Shown here piece after piece: positions 58,189 through 64,000 of a stretch of 64,000 bases of DNA. The notes beneath the pieces were generated by a model. It saw only the letters and a program-made list of their open reading frames with translations, was not told where the DNA came from and ran no database searches. This stretch comes from Candidatus Poribacteria bacterium. GTDB lineage: Bacteria > Poribacteria > WGA-4E > WGA-3G. Location of the stretch: NCBI GenBank assembly GCA_963665235.2, contig CAXXLX010000001.1, positions 3,008,001-3,072,000 of the forward strand. Reading direction: 5' to 3'. Every line of letters starts with the position of its first letter. The first letter of the stretch is position 1. A program made the position numbers and the translations under genes.

Positions 58189-60816
58189 TTAGTCCTCAAT
58201 AACAGCTTGTGCTGCAGCGAGCCGTGCAATTGGAACACGGAACGGGGAGCAGGATACGTAATTGAACCCTAATCCGTAGCAGAATTTTACGGAGCTGGGT
58301 TCGCCGCCGTGTTCACCACAGATGCCTACTTTCAGGTCAGGTCGTGTAGCGCGTCCCTTTTCACATCCCATTTGCAGGAGACTGCCGACACCCTCCTGAT
58401 CGAGAATTTGGAACGGGTCGTATTCGAGCACGCCGTTTTTGACATATTCGCCAAGGAATTTTTCCGCGTCGTCGCGGCTCATACCGAAGGTTGTCTGTGT
58501 GAGGTCATTAGTGCCGTAGGAGAAGAACTCGGCTTCCGCAGCGATTTTATCGGCGGTCAGGGCTGCCCGCGGTAGTTCAATCATCGTCCCGACGAGATAG
58601 TCGACGCGTGTGCCTGTTTCTTTGAAGACGGTTTCGGCTGTTTGAACGACTACTTCGCGCTGTAACGAGAATTCATTGAGATGTCCGACGAGCGGAATCA
58701 TAATTTCGGGCAGAACTTCAATACCGCGTTGTGCTACATCGACAGCGGCTTCAAAGATAGCGCGTGCCTGCATTTCGGTTATCTCTGGGTGAACGATACC
58801 GAGTCTACATCCCCGGTGTCCGAGCATCGGGTTAAATTCGTGTAATTCCTCGACGCGTTCGCTTAGTTTTTGTGCCGAGACCCCGAGTCGCTCCGCAAGT
58901 TCATTGATTTCGGTTTCATTTTTCGGCAGAAATTCGTGAAGCGGTGGGTCAAGCGTTCGGATAGTGACGGGGTAGCCTGCCATTGCTTCAAAAATACCGA
59001 TGAAGTCGGAGCGTTGATGCGGTAGCAATTTTGCGAGTGCTGCTTCGCGTTCTGCTGTTTCATCAGCGAGGATCATTTCTCGGACAGCGTCGATACCTGT
59101 GCCGAAGAACATGTGTTCAGTTCGGCAGAGTCCGATGCCTTCCGCGCCAAATCCGATTGCGTTTTGTGCATCCTCCGGGGTATCCGCGTTAGTACGAACA
59201 TCCAGCGTACGGACTTCGTCAGCCCATTCCATCAAGATGCCGAATTGTCCGCTGAGTTCCGGTTGGATAAGCGAGACCTCCCCACTAAGCACATCACCTG
59301 TGGAGCCGTTGAGTGTAATGAAGTCACCTTCAGCGAATCGTTTACCGCTTGCGTAAAATTCAAGATTTTCTTCGTGGATGAATAGGTCGGCGCAGCCAGC
59401 AACACACGGTTTTCCCATGCCGCGTGCGACGACAGCGGCGTGGCTGGTCATACCGCCGCGGGCAGTGAGTATACCTTGTGCGGCATCCATGCCGCCGATA
59501 TCTTCGGGTGAGGTTTCGGAGCGGACGAGGATGACCTTCTCCCCTGCGGCTGCCATCTCTTCAGCGCGAAGCGCGGTAAAAACGACCTTACCGACAGCGG
59601 CACCGGGCGAGGCGGGTAAACCTTGTGCAATAATATCAACTTCCGCTCCCGGGTCAACCCTTGGGTGCAACAGTTGGTCCAGGTCATTTGCTGGGACGCG
59701 TGTGAGGGCAGTAGGTTTATCGATTAACCCCTCTTCGACCATTTCAACGGCGATACGGACAGCGGCTTGACCGGTACGTTTCCCGTTACGCGTCTGGAGC
59801 ATGTAGAGTTTGCTTTCCTGAATAGTAAACTCAACGTCTTGCATTTCGTGATAGTGCTTCTCAAGCCTTAACCCGATATCGACCAATTCATCGTAAGCAT
59901 CGGGCAAGATATTTCTTAATTCTGCGACCGGCAGCGGCGTGCGGATACCCGCCACAACATCTTCACCCTGCGCGTTGATGAGGAATTCGCCGTAAAATTG
60001 GTTCGCGCCGGTGGATGGATTACGCGTAAAGGCGACCCCTGAGCCGGAGGTACCCCCCAAATTTCCGAAGACCATGGCTTGAACGTTGACAGCCGTGCGT
60101 CCAAGTTCTTCTGAAATGTCGTTAAGGCGGCGATAGGTAATCGCGCGCGGGTTGCCAGAGGATTCAAAAACGGCATCGCGTGCCATGTCTAATTGCTGCC
60201 GAGGTTCATCAGGAAAATCGCTGCCAGTGTGCTGCTTGACAGCACTTTTGAATTCGTGGACGAGTTCGATTAAATCGGCGGCTTCTAATTCGGTATCTAA
60301 TGTGACACCTTTTGCCTCTTTCTTTGCTTCGAGTAAGTGCTCAAACTCATCATGCTCGACGTTAAGTACAACGTTCCCGAACATCTGGATGAAGCGTCGG
60401 TATGAATCGTAAGCGAAACGTTCGTTTTCCGACTTGGCGATAAGTCCTTTCACTGTGTCGTCGTTTAGCCCCAGGTTGAGAATAGTATCCATCATTCCGG
60501 GCATGGATACAGCTGCACCGGAGCGAACGGAGAGGAGCAATGGGTTTTCGGTACCGCCAAATTTCGCGTTCATAGCGGATTCTAATTTGTGCAGGTTTTC
60601 CTCAATCTGCTTATCAAGTCCAGTCGGGTACTGTTGTCCGTTGTCGTAGTAGAATTTGCAAACCTCTGTGGAGATAGTGAAGCCGGGGGGTACGGGTACG
60701 CCGAGGTTGGTCATCTCAGCGAGGTTTGCACCTTTACCGCCGAGTAGTGTTCGCATTGTGGCGTTTCCTTCACCTTCACCGGCACCAAAGAAGTAAACAT
60801 ACTTCGGTTGTGACAT
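58189..60816 (-). CDS. ppdK: Pyruvate, phosphate dikinase
   Basis: LLGGKGANLAEM, SVRSGA, GGMTSHAAVVARG (phospho-His), GIGLCRTEHMF, GTNDLTQ, GICGEHGG. Confidence 0.97.
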   Translation of the reverse strand: MSQPKYVYFFGAGEGEGNATMRTLLGGKGANLAEMTNLGVPVPPGFTISTEVCKFYYDNGQQYPTGLDKQIEENLHKLESAMNAKFGGTENPLLLSVRSGAAVSMPGMMDTILNLGLNDDTVKGLIAKSENERFAYDSYRRFIQMFGNVVLNVEHDEFEHLLEAKKEAKGVTLDTELEAADLIELVHEFKSAVKQHTGSDFPDEPRQQLDMARDAVFESSGNPRAITYRRLNDISEELGRTAVNVQAMVFGNLGGTSGSGVAFTRNPSTGANQFYGEFLINAQGEDVVAGIRTPLPVAELRNILPDAYDELVDIGLRLEKHYHEMQDVEFTIQESKLYMLQTRNGKRTGQAAVRIAVEMVEEGLIDKPTALTRVPANDLDQLLHPRVDPGAEVDIIAQGLPASPGAAVGKVVFTALRAEEMAAAGEKVILVRSETSPEDIGGMDAAQGILTARGGMTSHAAVVARGMGKPCVAGCADLFIHEENLEFYASGKRFAEGDFITLNGSTGDVLSGEVSLIQPELSGQFGILMEWADEVRTLDVRTNADTPEDAQNAIGFGAEGIGLCRTEHMFFGTGIDAVREMILADETAEREAALAKLLPHQRSDFIGIFEAMAGYPVTIRTLDPPLHEFLPKNETEINELAERLGVSAQKLSERVEELHEFNPMLGHRGCRLGIVHPEITEMQARAIFEAAVDVAQRGIEVLPEIMIPLVGHLNEFSLQREVVVQTAETVFKETGTRVDYLVGTMIELPRAALTADKIAAEAEFFSYGTNDLTQTTFGMSRDDAEKFLGEYVKNGVLEYDPFQILDQEGVGSLLQMGCEKGRATRPDLKVGICGEHGGEPSSVKFCYGLGFNYVSCSPFRVPIARLAAAQAVIED

Positions 60817-60872
60817 AAAAATCCTCCTATTATCGTTTATCGGCTGTCGGAGACTTCGGTCCCCAAGTGCTG

Positions 60873-62234
60873 CTATATTGAGTAAATCATACGACTTGCT
60901 TCTTCAAATTCTGGTTCGAGTGGGTCAGTAGAGAGGTAGAGTTTCTGGTACGGTTCATAAAGTTGGATGTAGCTCCAGTTCACGCCACAAAGGATTTTAC
61001 CGGTATTAACGAGTTTGATGAATCTGCCTCGGAATTTTGCGCGGGTTCGTTCAGGTGGGGAGTGCATTGCGCGGCGAATCTGTGCATCCTCCACAATCCG
61101 CTCTATCAAACCGCGTTTTTCTGCTTTATAGTAAACGCTGTTATCCGGGCGGATGTTGTGATATTCGAGGTCAAAACGTTTCACCTCCGCTGAATCCCAG
61201 TCGACAGAGCGGCGGTTTACATAAGCTTCAATCCATTTTCGCTTGATGACCCAATCGAGTTCGCGTTCCAGTTGCATCGGGTCATCTTGTAGGCAGGTCA
61301 TGACATATTCCCATCGTGCCATAACTTCATCGGTTGTCGGGTCGGATTCTGCCTGTTCGAGGTACCGTTTAGCACACTCAAAGTATTCCCATTGGAGTTC
61401 TACGGCTGAAAGTCGTTTGCCGTTTTCAAGTTCGATAAGTCGTTTGCAGGTGGTATCCTCAGAGATTTCCTTTATCGCTTGGACCGAGTTTCGCAATGCG
61501 AATCGCTTTTGAATGAAGTGGTCTTCAATCATTCGGAGCACGATTCCGGTTGTACCGATTTTTAGGAATGTTGAAAATTCGGACATATTGGAATCGCCGA
61601 CGATGACGTGAAGGCGTCTATATTTTTCTCTGTCGGCGTGCGGTTCGTCGCGCGTATTAATAATTCCACGTGCAGTAGTTGTGGCGATGGAGACCTCTTC
61701 CCGAATGTGTTTGGCACGTTGGGAAATTTCATAGGTGCCTTGGTCGCTGGGTTTGACTTTTCCTGCGCCTGCAAAAACTTGTCGTGTAACGAAGAACGGA
61801 ATAAGCTGTGAGGCCAATTGTCGGAAGCTCACTTTATTTCGTTCCATGAGGTAGTTTTCGTGACATCCATAAGTGTTTCCGACGGTATCGAGGTTATTTT
61901 TGAAGATTGAGATTTTTCCTCGGAATCCATCAGCTCGCATCTTCCGTTCGGCGGTGGTTGCAAGTCTTGTCACGATGCGTTCCCCCGCCTTATCGTGTGC
62001 AACGAGTTCAGCGACATCATCGCATTCCGGGGTTGCATATTCAGGGTGGCACCCAATATCTTGATAAAACCGGGCACCGTTTTCTAGAAAGACATCGGGG
62101 TACATCCGTCCGGAAATAATTTCGTGAAACAGGTACATGACTGCGTTTTGAACTGTGAGCGTTTTTCCCTTACTGTTCTCGGGGGTACAGATGATACCGT
62201 ATTCGGTTTCTAATCCATATATTCTACGATGCAT
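60873..62234 (-). CDS. pafA: Pup--protein ligase
   Basis: RRIYGLETEYG, FLENGARFYQDIGCHPEYATPEC (PafA-type rather than Dop-type YVDHAHPE), GCHENYL, RDEPHAD, RRLHVIVGD. Confidence 0.9.
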   Translation of the reverse strand: MHRRIYGLETEYGIICTPENSKGKTLTVQNAVMYLFHEIISGRMYPDVFLENGARFYQDIGCHPEYATPECDDVAELVAHDKAGERIVTRLATTAERKMRADGFRGKISIFKNNLDTVGNTYGCHENYLMERNKVSFRQLASQLIPFFVTRQVFAGAGKVKPSDQGTYEISQRAKHIREEVSIATTTARGIINTRDEPHADREKYRRLHVIVGDSNMSEFSTFLKIGTTGIVLRMIEDHFIQKRFALRNSVQAIKEISEDTTCKRLIELENGKRLSAVELQWEYFECAKRYLEQAESDPTTDEVMARWEYVMTCLQDDPMQLERELDWVIKRKWIEAYVNRRSVDWDSAEVKRFDLEYHNIRPDNSVYYKAEKRGLIERIVEDAQIRRAMHSPPERTRAKFRGRFIKLVNTGKILCGVNWSYIQLYEPYQKLYLSTDPLEPEFEEASRMIYSI

Positions 62235-62934
62235 GGTTTAAAACCTCTGTGAGCTGTTCCGTGGAAAATCTACGAAATTTGCGCCGTCCATTGTTTAGGT
62301 CAAGGCAGGCAACTTCTATAGTTTCTGGGGTTATCTCGTAAGGTTCAGGTTCGTCAGTCTCGATGATGTGAAAAGTTCTCGCTGCAAGTTGGACCGCTTC
62401 CGGTAATGCCATATTTTCGTTGTATCTCTCTTTAAGGATAGTCTCGATTGCCTCGGCTCTGCCGCCGATAACGGCAAACTTTTCCTTTTCTTCGTAGGTA
62501 CCATCAAAAACAATCTGGTAAATCTGGCTTCCCCCGGTCGGATTTTCGTCGATGCCGCAGACGAGCAGTTCAATCTCAAGCGGTTTCGTGTCCCAGGCCT
62601 GCGCGATTACCCCCATGTGTTGTGAGTAGAGATTGGTTAACCATTTTGCGGTGACATCTTCCCTATCGTAGGTGTACCCTTTGACTTCCGCTTCCCTTAT
62701 ACCTGCCACCCGGAGTGTCTCATATTCAGAGACGCGCCCGGCTGAGGCGAGTGCGATTCTGTCATAAATTTCGGACACTTTAAAGGTAGTTCTACGTGGA
62801 TTCTCTGCCATTATCAGAAGGCCGGTTTCATATTCTAAAGCGATTACCTCTTTTGCTTGTTCAATTCCGAGGCGAACGAACTCTCTCTTATCTTGGCGTA
62901 TCTGTTCAGGGGATACATAATAGGGTGTTGACAT
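62224..62934 (-). CDS. prcA: 20S proteasome alpha subunit
   Basis: PYYVSPEQ N-terminus, KVSEIYDRIA, YDREDVT, IEVACLD, RRKFRR. Confidence 0.92.
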   Translation of the reverse strand: MSTPYYVSPEQIRQDKREFVRLGIEQAKEVIALEYETGLLIMAENPRRTTFKVSEIYDRIALASAGRVSEYETLRVAGIREAEVKGYTYDREDVTAKWLTNLYSQHMGVIAQAWDTKPLEIELLVCGIDENPTGGSQIYQIVFDGTYEEKEKFAVIGGRAEAIETILKERYNENMALPEAVQLAARTFHIIETDEPEPYEITPETIEVACLDLNNGRRKFRRFSTEQLTEVLNHAS

Positions 62935-62978
62935 GCCAGCCTCCTTAACGGTCTATTTTGCACGCTTCGCTCCCGTGC

Positions 62979-63773
62979 CTACGGTTGATGTTCTAGGCGG
63001 GATATCAACTCCCGATACAGTTCAGCCACAGTTTCATCAGGTATTTCAGAGACACCGCTCTCCGTAATGACCGTCAATGTTGGAAAAATTTTCCGGATTA
63101 GGTCGGGTCCACCGGTGGCAATATCCTCATCGGCTGCGTCCCAGAGGGCTTCAACGATCACTTTTTGTGCAGTCTGTTCAGACATCCCCGGCTGGTATAG
63201 CTTTTTTAGGGTGCTGCGTGCATCTTTTCCGCCGGAACCGATGGCGTAATAGGTGTCTTCCTCGTAACGTCCGCCGAGGGCATCGTATTTGAAGATGCGG
63301 CCCTGCTTACGTTTTAGGTCGTATCCTGCGAAGAGTGGCAAAACAATCAACCCTTGCATAGCCAAGCTCAGATTTGTTCGGACAAGACTGGACAGATAGT
63401 TGGCTTGCCCATCTAGGCTGAGAGATGTCCCCTCAATTTTTTCATAAAATTCCACTTGGACTTGAAAAAGTTTCGCCATTTCGATACACGGGCCAGCAAC
63501 GCCGGCGACAGCGATGGCAGCGTGTTTATCTATTTTATAAACCTTCTGAATTCGCCGTTCACCAACCTGATTTCCTTCGGTAGCTTGCCGGTCGCCAGCG
63601 ATAATGACCCCTTCATTGTATACAGCGGCGAGGACGGTAGTTCCCTCCAAATAGTTGTGCGACATAGTTTCGCGTAAACTGCTTAGATGGTTCCAGGCCC
63701 CTACCTGGTCCGGGGCACGATTTTTCAGAATTTGTAGGAAATCGGTGGACTCGTAGTCCTGGAGTTTGAGCAA
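62979..63773 (-). CDS. prcB: 20S proteasome beta subunit with propeptide
   Basis: EG|TTVL autocleavage site (Thr45), AGDRQAT, AIGSGG, DAADEDIATGGPD. Confidence 0.92.
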   Translation of the reverse strand: MLKLQDYESTDFLQILKNRAPDQVGAWNHLSSLRETMSHNYLEGTTVLAAVYNEGVIIAGDRQATEGNQVGERRIQKVYKIDKHAAIAVAGVAGPCIEMAKLFQVQVEFYEKIEGTSLSLDGQANYLSSLVRTNLSLAMQGLIVLPLFAGYDLKRKQGRIFKYDALGGRYEEDTYYAIGSGGKDARSTLKKLYQPGMSEQTAQKVIVEALWDAADEDIATGGPDLIRKIFPTLTVITESGVSEIPDETVAELYRELISRLEHQP

Positions 63774-63775
63774 TC

Positions 63776-63973
63776 CTACTGCCCTCCCCGTTGGATATAG
63801 TTTTCCACGAATTCCTCGGAATCCTCTTCCAAAATCTCATCTATTTCATCAAGGAGTTCATCCAAACCTTCTGTCCACTCGTCAGCATTTTCCTTGAGTT
63901 CGGGATTGGGTTGGATCTCCTCGGTTTCGTTCACAGTGGGTTCTCGGTGTTCTTGCTGTTTTTCGCGTGGCAT
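63776..63973 (-). CDS. pup: Prokaryotic ubiquitin-like protein Pup
   Basis: 65 aa, acidic, DELLDEIDEILEE...FV..YIQRGGQ C-terminus; RBS aaggag. Confidence 0.92.
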   Translation of the reverse strand: MPREKQQEHREPTVNETEEIQPNPELKENADEWTEGLDELLDEIDEILEEDSEEFVENYIQRGGQ

Positions 63974-64000
63974 ATTCTACTCCTTTTCAAATTAGCTATG

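Noticed and set aside
60873-62234. Dop deamidase call
   Set aside because: The motif FYQDIGCHPEYATPEC and the position after prcA match PafA.
1-64000. tRNA, rRNA, tmRNA or RNase P genes
   Set aside because: No diagnostic signatures were noticed by eye; a covariance scan would be needed to exclude them fully.

Overview
Bacterial genomic window with about 60 CDSs and no rRNA, tRNA or CRISPR array. By inference it most resembles Candidatus Poribacteria: it has PhyH, sulfatase, LamG and PD40 proteins, and several secreted proteins share a C-terminal V-x-P-x-x-K-x-x-[TV]-T-W-[AG]-x-[LI]-K tail. Housekeeping and metabolic genes include der, argS, trpA, mtnP, ppdK and a ComM/YifB ATPase. Highlights: (1) an apparently complete IsrB (HNH-less IscB relative) OMEGA element with an omegaRNA, inserted between the RBS and the ATG of a cyclophilin gene; (2) a probable second, degenerate IS200/IS605 (tnpB-like) element; (3) a pup-prcB-prcA-pafA Pup-proteasome cluster at the right edge; (4) an unassigned, strongly base-paired ~250-360 nt RNA-like region with its own promoter and terminator at 22.6-23.0 kb; (5) a repeated promoter-plus-hairpin module in front of accessory genes at 51.9-55.8 kb; (6) many GTAG-type REP palindromes, including a tandem array and apparent in-frame insertions in proteins; (7) four single-base frameshifts, possibly assembly errors. 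All calls come from reading motifs by eye; no database searches were run.
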